In this document: positions 1 through 9,383 of the stretch, piece after piece
Layout of the letters: each line of letters begins with the position of its first letter
Position numbering within the stretch: position 1 is the stretch's first letter
NCBI GenBank assembly: GCA_044359815.1
Contig: JBIKLL010000039.1
Coordinates: forward strand, 1-22,919
Source of the DNA: Pseudobdellovibrionaceae bacterium
GTDB lineage: Bacteria > Bdellovibrionota > Bdellovibrionia > Bdellovibrionales > Bdellovibrionaceae
Length of the DNA: 22,919 bases
Reading direction: 5' to 3'
The notes under the pieces: model-generated
What the model was told of the DNA's origin: nothing
The model's input: only the letters and a program-made list of their open reading frames with translations
Databases searched by the model: none
Translations under genes and position numbers: made by a program

Positions 1-370
1 CAGAGTCATCAGTACCAACTAATCCCGATAACACCAATTTAGCACCCAGTCCGGCCTCGGTTAATGTGAAAAACAAAATCCAATATTTGATTTTTTGAAG
101 CACATGATCTTTAGGGATTTTTTGATAAATCCAAACAACATTATAAAATATCCACAAACCAAAAAATCCTGACATCAATCTGTGGCTGTACTCAATCCAA
201 GTTTTTTTATCATCAAATTGTGGTATCAGCTCGTTGTCGCACAGGGGCCAAGAGCTGCCACAACCATCACCAGAATGCGAAATCCTAACCCAGGCTCCCC
301 ACAGGATCACCAATATTGTGTAACCCAAAAGCCATTCAAAATTACGTTTGATCTTATCAAAATGATTCAT
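1..370 (-). CDS. ctaA: COX15/CtaA family heme A synthase, N-terminal part (runs off window)
   Basis: Hand translation from ATG at 370: MNHFDKIKRNFEWLLGYTILVILWGAWVRISHSGDGCGSSWPLCDNELIP...WIEYSHRLMSG... contains the CtaA G-x-x-V-R...GC..WPLC and EYxHR motifs. The start overlaps the upstream stop (ATGA, 367-370). Not in the ORF track. Confidence 0.9.
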   Translation of the reverse strand, partial: MNHFDKIKRNFEWLLGYTILVILWGAWVRISHSGDGCGSSWPLCDNELIPQFDDKKTWIEYSHRLMSGFFGLWIFYNVVWIYQKIPKDHVLQKIKYWILFFTLTEAGLGAKLVLSGLVGTDDS

Positions 371-1758
371 TTAAGCTCTTTTAAATATTTCTCAAGCACT
401 AAACCTGCGTTAAATTTTGCCCCCAACACCGACAAGAAAACAAAAACCCCTGCCGTTTTTCTGTCTAAAAATATAATTTCCTTGGGTGGAGGCCTCAATG
501 GAAAACCTTGGATGATTTTAAACGCTTTCTTGGTCAGCCTGTTTGGTAAATCCGAAGACTTCCAATCATACCCCTGCTCACCATGCGCTTTGAAAGGCTC
601 AACCGTCAGCAGACAAAATTCTTCAAACAAAGTAACCAATTCCGCCGAATCACTGGCTAAAACAAATTTTAGCTGCTTGGCATTTTCGGTTAAAGTTCTA
701 GCGTCGTCAGTAACTGCGGCTTTAATCATTCGTCTGTAGGGATTTAAAAATGGTGCCGAAAATTTTCGAACGGCACCAAAATCCAATAAGACCAACTGAT
801 CCATGCCATCAGCATTGACCCTGATTTTATAATTTCCTAAATGAGGATCCGTTTGCACAAATCCCCATACAAAAAGTTCTTTAAAATACAAATCCAAAAA
901 ATTTTCAGCCAAAGTGTTTCGCCGCGAAGGTCTCAGACTCAGAACCATAGGATCGTCGGGACGAACTCCGGGCTCGAATGATGTCGTGATAATCTTTTGA
1001 GTGCTAAAATAATCAAACACTTTAGGAACTACAAAACGACTGTCATTTGCCAGCAATTCCCCGTATTCTTTTGTGGCCAAGGCCTCATTCAAATAATTAG
1101 TTTCTTGCACCAGCATGGTTGTGATTTCCTCGATCACCGTATCCATATAGGGTCCGCTGGGAATCAGTTTCAATAAATTTAAAAAATTCCTGAGGGCATT
1201 CAGATCACTGGCGATGGCTTTTTCTACACCAGGATACTGAACCTTTACCGCAACTATCTTGCCAGATTCTTTGATCACCGCTTTGTAAACCTGACCCAAC
1301 GAAGCACTGCCGATAGGGTTTCGATCAATTTCCAGCTGAGCCAGTTTTTCTGGGCCAAGCTCTTGAATCAAAACTTTTTCAATCTGGGGCCACTCAACCT
1401 GAGCCGAATCCATCTGCAAAGATTTTAAAATGTCATTAGCTTCTTTAGGTAAAAAATGTTCTCCGTAAACTGACAGCATCTGCCCAGCCTTCATGAGGCT
1501 GCCTTTAAGCTCGCCCAGTTCTTTGGCGATGGAAGTGGCTTGAGTTTTTAAAAGCTCATTCCATTTGTTTTGTTTTGCATCCTTATTGGATAGCAACGTT
1601 GTCAGTCCATGGGTTGCAATCTGCATCCCTGTGCTGACACCCAGTTTTGCCAAGGACATGGATCGTGAAAAAGTAGAAGATTTTATTTTCTGAATCTTTT
1701 TAGGCTCGTTATCACGTTTGCCGTTATTGGTTTTATCGTTGCCGTCATCGACTGCCAT
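367..1758 (-). CDS. ABC1/UbiB/AarF family atypical kinase
   Basis: LKGSLMKAGQ (KxGQ motif), SASLGQVY, VAVKVQYPG, QTDPHLGN, LLDFG. Confidence 0.92.
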   Translation of the reverse strand: MAVDDGNDKTNNGKRDNEPKKIQKIKSSTFSRSMSLAKLGVSTGMQIATHGLTTLLSNKDAKQNKWNELLKTQATSIAKELGELKGSLMKAGQMLSVYGEHFLPKEANDILKSLQMDSAQVEWPQIEKVLIQELGPEKLAQLEIDRNPIGSASLGQVYKAVIKESGKIVAVKVQYPGVEKAIASDLNALRNFLNLLKLIPSGPYMDTVIEEITTMLVQETNYLNEALATKEYGELLANDSRFVVPKVFDYFSTQKIITTSFEPGVRPDDPMVLSLRPSRRNTLAENFLDLYFKELFVWGFVQTDPHLGNYKIRVNADGMDQLVLLDFGAVRKFSAPFLNPYRRMIKAAVTDDARTLTENAKQLKFVLASDSAELVTLFEEFCLLTVEPFKAHGEQGYDWKSSDLPNRLTKKAFKIIQGFPLRPPPKEIIFLDRKTAGVFVFLSVLGAKFNAGLVLEKYLKELK

Positions 1759-1908
1759 TCAGCATTTATCGCACATTGCCGCAGCGTAAAGAAGTGAAAC
1801 TTTATTTTGTGTCGCGACAGACAGCCAAATACTGCTGACAGACTCACTGACCGCTCTGATTTAGTTTGCAATTTAAATAAAGATTTTTCGCACTCTACGA
1901 CCAGCAGT

Positions 1909-2316
1909 TTATTTAAGCACCTTCCAAACAGCTTGGATTAGGGTCTTATCAGCTGTGCACACCGACAGTTCCTGCCAATCATTGGGCCCAACACAAACCG
2001 CAAGATCATGTTCGGTTAAAACCCACTGCTTATTACCCTGAACCAAATAAGCCCTGATTAAAAAACTTTGTGTGGGCTGCACCAGCTCAACCTCACTGAC
2101 AAAAGTCTGGACTGTGACTGAAACACCGAGCTCTTCCAATAGTTCCCGCTTCAGACCTTCTGAATCTGTTTCATTGTTTTTTATTTTTCCACCTGGAAAT
2201 TCGTACTGCAAAGTGTTTGTTTTTCGAAACAGATAGACCTTAGGCAAAGGCTTGATTTCATAAAAAATCCCCGCAGTGACAATGATATGATTTTCAAATT
2301 TGGATTTTGGGTTCAT
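1909..2316 (-). CDS. Nudix hydrolase (MutT/NudG-like)
   Basis: Nudix box GGKIKNNETDSEGLKRELLEELGV. Start moved to ATG 2316 (135 aa) because the track's longer ORF overlaps the divergent gene. Confidence 0.85.
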   Translation of the reverse strand: MNPKSKFENHIIVTAGIFYEIKPLPKVYLFRKTNTLQYEFPGGKIKNNETDSEGLKRELLEELGVSVTVQTFVSEVELVQPTQSFLIRAYLVQGNKQWVLTEHDLAVCVGPNDWQELSVCTADKTLIQAVWKVLK

Positions 2317-2325
2317 ACTGATAAA

Positions 2326-3072
2326 ATGTTTTCCCGTCCTTCGTCTTTGGCAGATTACAATTCTAAAAATATAGTTGTCTGGATGTCCATGGCTTTTCAG
2401 GCCGGCAGCATTAATGCCGGGGGTTTTTTGGCCTGCCACAGATTTGTTTCCCACGTCACCGGCTTTGCCACCCATTTTGGCGCCGAAGTTTCCTACGGTC
2501 ATATCGGTACCGCCTTTGGAACACTCAGCGTGCCAGCCTATTTTTTACTAGGTGCCATGCTGGCTGCTTTTTTTGTGGATAAGAACCTGACTAAAGGTAA
2601 GCCGGCGAAATACACTTTTATGTTTTTAATCATTTCATTTTCAATGTTTGTGATTGCAGTAGGAGGGTCACTAGGCCTGTTAGGAAAGTTTGGCGAATCA
2701 CCAGATTTGATATCGGACTATTTTTTACTGTCAGTTCTTTGTCTGTGTTCGGGGATTCAAAACGCCACAATCACTTCAGCTTCGGGTGCCGTGGTCAGAA
2801 CCACTCATTTGACGGGTATCACAACGGATTTAGGCATTGGCATTGTGCGAACAATTTCTGCCAGTATACCCAAACCCATCAGACAGATGGAAAACCGAGC
2901 AAACGCAATGAGATCAGGTATCATCGTGTTTTTTATCTTAGGCTCACTGATCAGTTCATTTTGTTTTTTAAATTTTGACTATAAAGGATTTTTTATTCCC
3001 TGTTTGATCTCGGCGATGTTAGCCTATATTTCACACTCGGACAAACAACCTAAGGAAAAACATGGGACTTAA
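2326..3072 (+). CDS. YoaK/DUF1275 family membrane protein
   Basis: AGSINAGGF...FVSHVTG and GIQNA...RTTHLTGITTDLG motifs, multiple TM segments. Start is ATG 2326 or 2287. Confidence 0.85.
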   Translation: MFSRPSSLADYNSKNIVVWMSMAFQAGSINAGGFLACHRFVSHVTGFATHFGAEVSYGHIGTAFGTLSVPAYFLLGAMLAAFFVDKNLTKGKPAKYTFMFLIISFSMFVIAVGGSLGLLGKFGESPDLISDYFLLSVLCLCSGIQNATITSASGAVVRTTHLTGITTDLGIGIVRTISASIPKPIRQMENRANAMRSGIIVFFILGSLISSFCFLNFDYKGFFIPCLISAMLAYISHSDKQPKEKHGT

Positions 3073-4672
3073 CGAAACACCCGCGATCATTATACTACTA
3101 GCAGGTGTAGCGATTTTTTTGTACGGGATGCAGATGTCCAGCCAATCGCTGGAAAAACTGATGACCAATCGCTTAACGGCATTAATGAATAAACTTTCTC
3201 AAAGTCCTTTTTTGGCCATAGTGGTTGGGATTTCATTAACTACACTGCTGCAAAGTTCGGGAGCGGTGACTTCGATGCTGGTGGGATTGGGCTCTGCAAA
3301 AGTCATTAGTCTGCAACAGGTCATGGGGGTCATCATTGGAACCGCCATTGGATCAACCATCACTGTGCAAATCATGAGTTTTAATCTGGCCCAGTATGCT
3401 TTGCCTGCTTTTGCGCTGTTTTTCTTTTTCTATTTTATGTCTCGAAAAGCCGGCATCAAAACTATGCTGATGGTTTTTATGGGATTTTCATTTATGTTTA
3501 TGGGCCTTGGTTTGATTTCTGATTCAGCCAGAATCCTGGCTCAGAATGAAATTTTCAGAAATTATTTAGACACCATCAAAGACAACCCTCTGCTGTCGAT
3601 ACTAGTTTCAACGTTGTTTTGTGCCAGCATTCATTCCAGCGCAGCGACTATTGGTTTAGCGATGTCATTGACCCAAGCCGGAGTCCTAACCATGAATGAT
3701 GCCATGATGTGGGTTTACGGAGCCAATATCGGAACCACGTCCACTGCCTTGATTGCAGCGGTTGGCAGCAATCATGTGGGCAAGCAAGTCGCCTGGGCGC
3801 ATTTTTTCTATAAATTTTTAAGTGTCGTTATTTTTATGATTGGTCCAATCACTGAATATCTGATTCAGTTTCTGAACCAGTTTCAAACTACGACCTTCCG
3901 AATGATTGCCAACGGCCATTTGGTATTTAATGTGATGAGCGCTATTATTTTTTATCCTTTTATAAAACCGGCCGCCAGAATGATAGAAAAAATCTTTCCT
4001 AAAAATCCTAAAGATGAATTTGGCGCCGAATACTTGACCCTCAACAATTATCACAGCTCTGCCCTGGCGATATCCTATGCAAATCGTGAAATCATGAGGG
4101 CCGCTGACATAGTCATGACAATGATCAATGATTCTATGAAATTATTTGATCGGTTTGATCAGGCCCTGTTGGAATCCATCAAAGACCGCGATAACCAAGT
4201 GGATTTCTTGTACCGAGAGACCAAAATGTTTTTACTGGATCATGCAAATAAAAGCCAGGTTTCGGTCCACCAGCGTGTGATGTTTATGATTATGTTTTTA
4301 TCCGATCTGGAGCGCGCAGCTGATTCGATCGATTTAAATGTTTTGCAGCTGGCGATTAAAAAAGACGCTTTAAAATTAAATTTCTCGAAGGAAGGCCATG
4401 ACGAACTGGTGCATATGCACCAAATGGTGATCAAGGTGGCTTCGATGGCAATCAATGCTTTTACAAACCGTGAAATGTGCGCCGATGTGATTCAGCTAAA
4501 ACGCGAGCTGGCTCGTACTGAAATATTGCTGCGTGAACACCACATCGAAAGACTGAACAAAGGCATGCGCGAAACCATTAATACAAGTTCTATCCATTTA
4601 GATTTAATGAGCGAATACAAGCGCATCGGAAGTTTACTTAGCTCTCATTGTTATAACGAAGAAATCAAGTGA
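3062..4672 (+). CDS. Na+/Pi cotransporter (NptA/YjbB family) with PhoU-like C-terminal domains
   Basis: Repeated LQSSGA/IHSSAA and GTAIGST/GANIGTT motifs, helical C-terminus with DLERAAD. Confidence 0.9.
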   Translation: MGLNETPAIIILLAGVAIFLYGMQMSSQSLEKLMTNRLTALMNKLSQSPFLAIVVGISLTTLLQSSGAVTSMLVGLGSAKVISLQQVMGVIIGTAIGSTITVQIMSFNLAQYALPAFALFFFFYFMSRKAGIKTMLMVFMGFSFMFMGLGLISDSARILAQNEIFRNYLDTIKDNPLLSILVSTLFCASIHSSAATIGLAMSLTQAGVLTMNDAMMWVYGANIGTTSTALIAAVGSNHVGKQVAWAHFFYKFLSVVIFMIGPITEYLIQFLNQFQTTTFRMIANGHLVFNVMSAIIFYPFIKPAARMIEKIFPKNPKDEFGAEYLTLNNYHSSALAISYANREIMRAADIVMTMINDSMKLFDRFDQALLESIKDRDNQVDFLYRETKMFLLDHANKSQVSVHQRVMFMIMFLSDLERAADSIDLNVLQLAIKKDALKLNFSKEGHDELVHMHQMVIKVASMAINAFTNREMCADVIQLKRELARTEILLREHHIERLNKGMRETINTSSIHLDLMSEYKRIGSLLSSHCYNEEIK

Positions 4673-6026
4673 TCCAAGTTCTGATTTTGGACATGGCCTC
4701 AATAGTAAAAATCTTGGCGTTTTTCACTTCGGATTCATAAATTTCTTTACGGATATCGACAAAGGATTTCCCCTGCTCGGCCGCGCCTAGCAAATAGGTA
4801 TCATCGACCATTTCACAAAAATGAATCAGCTGGGATTCGATGGGGATTTTTTCGCCAAAAACGTTGTTGGGAAAACCTTTACCGTCGGCTCTGACGTGAG
4901 TGCAATTAAGGATGGTTCTGAGCTTGTCCACCAAACCCAGTTTTTTACTGAGGCAGATTTCCACACTCAATGCCGGGTGTCTGGAATATTCTGCCATTTC
5001 TGCAGCACTCAACCCATCGGCCTTTCGGTGTTTGATCAAATGACCTGTGATTTTCGGTGATAATTGCAGCAACCCTATATTGCATAATAAAGCTGCCACC
5101 ATGACTTGAACGGGATCGCCCATACTGCTGATAAAACTGGCCAGGCCCGCAAACCCCGCCAATGAGGCCGATCTTTCTAAGGGACTCATATCACCAAAGG
5201 AACCAGTGTTAACCACGTCTGCAACATCATTGACCGAACTAAGATTTGTGAGCAAATCCTTAGCTAAGGTTTCGCATTTTTCATAAAGCTGTTTGCCCTT
5301 TTCAAAAGAGGCATTTTCACTTTGATCTATTAACAGGAACACAAAATCAGAATGCGACGAACTTAAACTTAAAAACTGCGAACGGCATCGACCCTTAAGG
5401 CCTTCGGCGGAAGCGTCTGTGTTTTTAATTGTATAGTCTTTATAAAGCTCAACGTCTTTGCGAAGCACGTATAATTCGCCAACCTGATCCAGCTTTTTTT
5501 TGCGGCTTTCATTCAGCACTGTTCCCGCAGGCACCACTGTCACCATTTTGTGATTCATGGGCATATTATAAATAACGTTAAATGTGATCGTGGTGTTGAC
5601 CAGCAATTCAGCGGGCTTAATAGGAATCATCGATGCCCTGATGACCTGCGAACAAACAAACTCCAACTGACTGGTTTCCTTGAAATGGTTTTCATTTAAA
5701 ACCAGTGAAGCCCCAGATCTTTTGATAAACTTTGCCTGTTCTTCCCTAAGCTTTTTATTGGCAATCACTAACAAAAAAGCCTGTGGCTGAATCTGGTGAA
5801 TCACCTGCACCTGTCCGATGATGTCTTCAACCTTTTCGGTGTTTTGCCCACAAAGCACGACCAATTTAACATGGTCATCAGTCATTTTTTCAAGGAACTC
5901 ATCAACAGTTTCAAATCCCAAAGCATTAAAATTAAAAAAATCCGACAGGTCTTGTACCCGCTTTCGGTCCTCAGGAACTGAGGAAATAACTACTAAATGT
6001 GTACTCGTATCCTGTTTATCACTCAT
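4665..6026 (-). CDS. Degenerate HD-GYP domain protein with receiver-like N-terminus
   Basis: AALLCNIG (HD replaced by CN), HP..S, HVRADGKGFP (HExxDGxGYP variant), IPIESQLIHFCE. Confidence 0.7.
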   Translation of the reverse strand: MSDKQDTSTHLVVISSVPEDRKRVQDLSDFFNFNALGFETVDEFLEKMTDDHVKLVVLCGQNTEKVEDIIGQVQVIHQIQPQAFLLVIANKKLREEQAKFIKRSGASLVLNENHFKETSQLEFVCSQVIRASMIPIKPAELLVNTTITFNVIYNMPMNHKMVTVVPAGTVLNESRKKKLDQVGELYVLRKDVELYKDYTIKNTDASAEGLKGRCRSQFLSLSSSHSDFVFLLIDQSENASFEKGKQLYEKCETLAKDLLTNLSSVNDVADVVNTGSFGDMSPLERSASLAGFAGLASFISSMGDPVQVMVAALLCNIGLLQLSPKITGHLIKHRKADGLSAAEMAEYSRHPALSVEICLSKKLGLVDKLRTILNCTHVRADGKGFPNNVFGEKIPIESQLIHFCEMVDDTYLLGAAEQGKSFVDIRKEIYESEVKNAKIFTIEAMSKIRTWIT

Positions 6027-6580
6027 AATGATGGCAATGCCTTTACTTTAGCATTTTCCATCGAAGCCCATTCATCAACTATTTTCTTGAGTATTTTTTC
6101 TGCAAAGGGTTTTGGCTCAACTGCAAAATCTTGTAAGCTGCAGGTTTTAACTGGAGTCCCTGAATTATTGATGTTCACTGCGAAATGTATCAAGCTGGAA
6201 CCGATACTGGGACAGGCTATTGAAATCGAAAGCTTTTGGTCATTCCAATACAAATCATCCCCCCGTCTGATCAGTCGAACATTTTTTACGGTGTTTTCAA
6301 TTTCGTCTTTAACAATACTGGCAATCAGTCTTTGCAAACCAATGGCTGCCATCACAGAGGTGTCAAATAGTTCGCAGATAAAATGCAGCATCAGATCACC
6401 GCAGATCTGACTGCCAGAATTCAAATCTTCCAAATCCTTCATGTGCTGAAAACTGACACTACAGGGGCCAATAAAACCAACAACAGAATTTCCGATGACT
6501 GAATGATTTTGACAAGCAAAGCGAGGCCGCAATTGACTGCCATCATAAGCGATCACTGAATCCAAAAATTTAAACTGCAA
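6023..6580 (-). CDS. DUF366-like protein (probable biotin/lipoate ligase-like fold)
   Basis: YDGSQL...GNSVVGFIGPC.V...MKDLED...MLHFICE...LQRL...RRGDDLY..KLSISIA...HFAVNI, recognised from memory as DUF366. Probable TTG start at 6580 with GGGGGA SD 5 nt upstream (185 aa), overlapping the queC stop. Confidence 0.8.
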   Translation of the reverse strand: MQFKFLDSVIAYDGSQLRPRFACQNHSVIGNSVVGFIGPCSVSFQHMKDLEDLNSGSQICGDLMLHFICELFDTSVMAAIGLQRLIASIVKDEIENTVKNVRLIRRGDDLYWNDQKLSISIACPSIGSSLIHFAVNINNSGTPVKTCSLQDFAVEPKPFAEKILKKIVDEWASMENAKVKALPSL

Positions 6581-7265
6581 AAAAATCCCCCATATCAATC
6601 TGATTTTCTGCAAAGGCACGCTTGGCACGTTTACAGCTTTCGCAGACACCGCACCATTTGTCCAAGCTCTGATAGCAGGGCCAAATATTTTTAAAATCCA
6701 CGCCAAGCTTCTGTCCCATTTGCACAATCTGAGTTTTGTTTTTATCAATGGTGTAACAATGCACCTTAACCTGATTATTGGTAGAATAGGAAAAACATTT
6801 TTCCAGCTCTTGGATAAACCCCATTGAATTATCCGCAAAGGTCTGAGCTTCCTCGATATTAAACCCTGGAATCACATACTGATAATTTAATGCCTCAGCA
6901 AATCCTGCAGCTATATTTAAAAAAATCCCATTGCGGTTAGGAACCCACACTGATTTGGCTGTAGCGCCACTGACAACGGGATCATTGATTTGTACCGATT
7001 CCCCTTGTGGGATGGATTGATTTTGATTGATTAAGCTTGAAACATTCCAATCCGCAATAAACGGAAGCTTTACAGTTTTAAATGGCAGATTCAGCTGATT
7101 ACAAATCTTTGCAGCCTGCAAATTTTCTTTGGCAAAAGCTTTTTGACCATAGTCAAATTGTAGCGCCAGTAATTGATCAAATACGGGTTTTTGCATTTGC
7201 CGAGCTGCCATATACAGATTCACCGTTGAATCCAGGCCAGAGCTCAGCAGTACGACGGCTTTCAT
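6570..7265 (-). CDS. queC: 7-cyano-7-deazaguanine synthase
   Basis: KAVVLLSSGLDS PP-loop, FDYGQ, VWVPNRNGIFL, Zn site CY...CGVCESC. Confidence 0.95.
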   Translation of the reverse strand: MKAVVLLSSGLDSTVNLYMAARQMQKPVFDQLLALQFDYGQKAFAKENLQAAKICNQLNLPFKTVKLPFIADWNVSSLINQNQSIPQGESVQINDPVVSGATAKSVWVPNRNGIFLNIAAGFAEALNYQYVIPGFNIEEAQTFADNSMGFIQELEKCFSYSTNNQVKVHCYTIDKNKTQIVQMGQKLGVDFKNIWPCYQSLDKWCGVCESCKRAKRAFAENQIDMGDFFAV

Positions 7266-7270
7266 GCGGA

Positions 7271-7600
7271 TCAGTCTTTATCTGCTGTGCTCTTTTTTTG
7301 CAAATTACGACTGATGTCTATCGCTTTTTGCAACACCTTAAGACCTATGGCTTTAAGTTCGCTCACACTGACTGTCCCTGATTCAACAGTTTGGGATAAT
7401 CTATCAATGCGGTTTTGCACAGAGGGGCTCAGTTTTAATAAGATATCATCAACAATGGCTTTAGATCTTTTGATCAGCCTAGAAGGTTTAGCCAGCTTTT
7501 TTTTGCCAAAGGTTTTAATCTTTTGGACTCTGCTTTTTTTTGCAGAGACAGTTTTTTTCGAAACCTGACTTTTAGAAACAGTTCTTTTAGATTTTTTCAA
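7271..7600 (-). CDS. Hypothetical small basic protein (Lys/Ser-rich N-terminus)
   Basis: Fills the gap between recJ and queC on the same strand; TTG start with GGAG SD. Confidence 0.7.
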   Translation of the reverse strand: MKKSKRTVSKSQVSKKTVSAKKSRVQKIKTFGKKKLAKPSRLIKRSKAIVDDILLKLSPSVQNRIDRLSQTVESGTVSVSELKAIGLKVLQKAIDISRNLQKKSTADKD

Positions 7601-7614
7601 AATAAGTCTCCAAT

Positions 7615-9315
7615 TTAAGTTCTAGTATAATTTTTAACACCGATGTCCTTAAGGATTAACTGCGGCTTTTTCTGCATCCTAAAGTGATTCCATTGAATTT
7701 CACCAATTAAATAGTCAATGCGAGAGGTTTTATCAATTGAATTAATGATCTCGGCCCCGGCTGAAAAATACAAAGCATCCATCGAAACCCCCTTGGATTC
7801 CAAAGTCAGCTTAAGATGTTTTTCCTTAAGGACTCTTAAAGAGCTCACCGTAAAATCAGTGAGCTTAATAACTGGGTTTTTAAATCCCTGCCCAAAGGGT
7901 TCAAGCTTTTCCAGCCACATCATGAATTCTTGGTTTAAATCAGCCAGTGAAGACTCAAAATCATACCAATTAACAGGTACTTGGGACTTGACGGTTTCCA
8001 TGGCCTTATCCAGTAATTCCACAAACCTGTCCCAGTTTTTCAGATCCACTTCAAATCCTGCAGCAAAAGCATGTCCCCCGAAACGGTTTAAAACCTCAGA
8101 GCAATTTTGCAAAACCTCAACCAAGCTGCAGCTGGCGCTACGGGCACTTCCCGTCACCACGGACTCACTGTTCACACTACCCACAAAGCAAGGCTTAAAG
8201 GATTCTTGCTGAAGTCTGGTGGCAATCAGCCCAATAACACCTTTATGAAAACTCTCAGAGCACACGGCTATATAATCTTTGTCACTGAAGGCTTCTGCCA
8301 TTTTTCTGGCGTCTTCTTCACCCTGATTTTGCAATTGGATTCGCAATTCATTTTCAGCAAAGGCCTGCATAACCAGGGCACCGGCGTTTTGCTGGTCACT
8401 CAGAAAAATATCGATGGGCAATAATCCGTTTTCCATTCGGCTTAGGGCGTTTAATTTAGGAGCCAGCTTCATCCCCACCTCTGAGGCTGAAATCGGTCTG
8501 CCAGCTAAGTCTACTTTTTTTAGCAATTCCTTTAATCCAGCTCTTTGAGTGTTCTCTAGCGCCTTTAGTCCCGCCTTGACCAAAATACGATTGTCCTCAA
8601 CCAAAGGAACCATGTCTGTGACAGTTGCAATGGTGAACAAATCTAAAAGCTCTCTCAGATTTAAATGAGCCTGATTGGCGTCACCCTCTTGGTGGAACTT
8701 GCGCTTTAAGGCTCTTAATAAATAAAACGCCACACCGGCGCCGCTAAGGTATTTTAATTCTGAGGAACATTCTTTCCTGTTGGGATTGACGATGGCAAAA
8801 GCCTTTGGAAGCTCATCCCCAGGCAAATGATGATCAGTAATAATGACCTGAACTCCATTGGCATTAGCGTAATCAACAGTTTGATTAGCTGTAATCCCCA
8901 CATCCACTGTCACCACCAGGGTGACGTTGTTAGACTTCATTTCATCAATGGATTCTTTGTGAAAACCATAACCCTGCTGCAATCTTTTGGGCTGGTAATA
9001 AAACAAATTTTTATATCCCAGTTTTTTTAGGCCGCCCTTAAGCAAAGCCAATCCACTGGTTCCATCCAAATCAAAATCAGCATAGACACAAATGTTTTCG
9101 TTTTTCTGATAAGCCTGCCACAATCGGTCTACGGCAATATTCATATCGATGATTGAAAGCGGAGATTTTAGATCCTCTAAATTGGGATCAACAAAATTCT
9201 CCAGAACATTTTTACCAATCCCTTTGCTGGCTAAAAGCTTGGCCACGGAATCGGGAAAATCTGAATAGGCTTTTTTCAAGTCTTCAGAAATTTCCCTTTG
9301 GGTCCAAGAAAGCAT
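7615..9315 (-). CDS. recJ: Single-stranded DNA exonuclease RecJ
   Basis: DHH motifs ADFDLDG, TVDVG, TDHH, TDMVPL and DHHA1 GSARS...FGGH. Probable ATG start 9315 with AGGGGA SD. Confidence 0.95.
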   Translation of the reverse strand: MLSWTQREISEDLKKAYSDFPDSVAKLLASKGIGKNVLENFVDPNLEDLKSPLSIIDMNIAVDRLWQAYQKNENICVYADFDLDGTSGLALLKGGLKKLGYKNLFYYQPKRLQQGYGFHKESIDEMKSNNVTLVVTVDVGITANQTVDYANANGVQVIITDHHLPGDELPKAFAIVNPNRKECSSELKYLSGAGVAFYLLRALKRKFHQEGDANQAHLNLRELLDLFTIATVTDMVPLVEDNRILVKAGLKALENTQRAGLKELLKKVDLAGRPISASEVGMKLAPKLNALSRMENGLLPIDIFLSDQQNAGALVMQAFAENELRIQLQNQGEEDARKMAEAFSDKDYIAVCSESFHKGVIGLIATRLQQESFKPCFVGSVNSESVVTGSARSASCSLVEVLQNCSEVLNRFGGHAFAAGFEVDLKNWDRFVELLDKAMETVKSQVPVNWYDFESSLADLNQEFMMWLEKLEPFGQGFKNPVIKLTDFTVSSLRVLKEKHLKLTLESKGVSMDALYFSAGAEIINSIDKTSRIDYLIGEIQWNHFRMQKKPQLILKDIGVKNYTRT

Positions 9316-9383
9316 TAATTCCCCTATTATAAAGTCGTCGGTCAAATTGCCAGTTAAGGTCGTCGCCTAGGTTGTCTGCTAAA

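Noticed and set aside
182..739. 185-aa plus-strand ORF and similar antisense ORFs (e.g. 5997-6410, 7718-8212, 10586-10984, 16702-17013)
   Set aside because: They are shadows of well-supported genes on the opposite strand with no recognisable motifs.
6581..6838. N-terminal extension of the 271-aa track ORF
   Set aside because: Lies wholly inside queC in another frame; family similarity and an SD begin at 6580.
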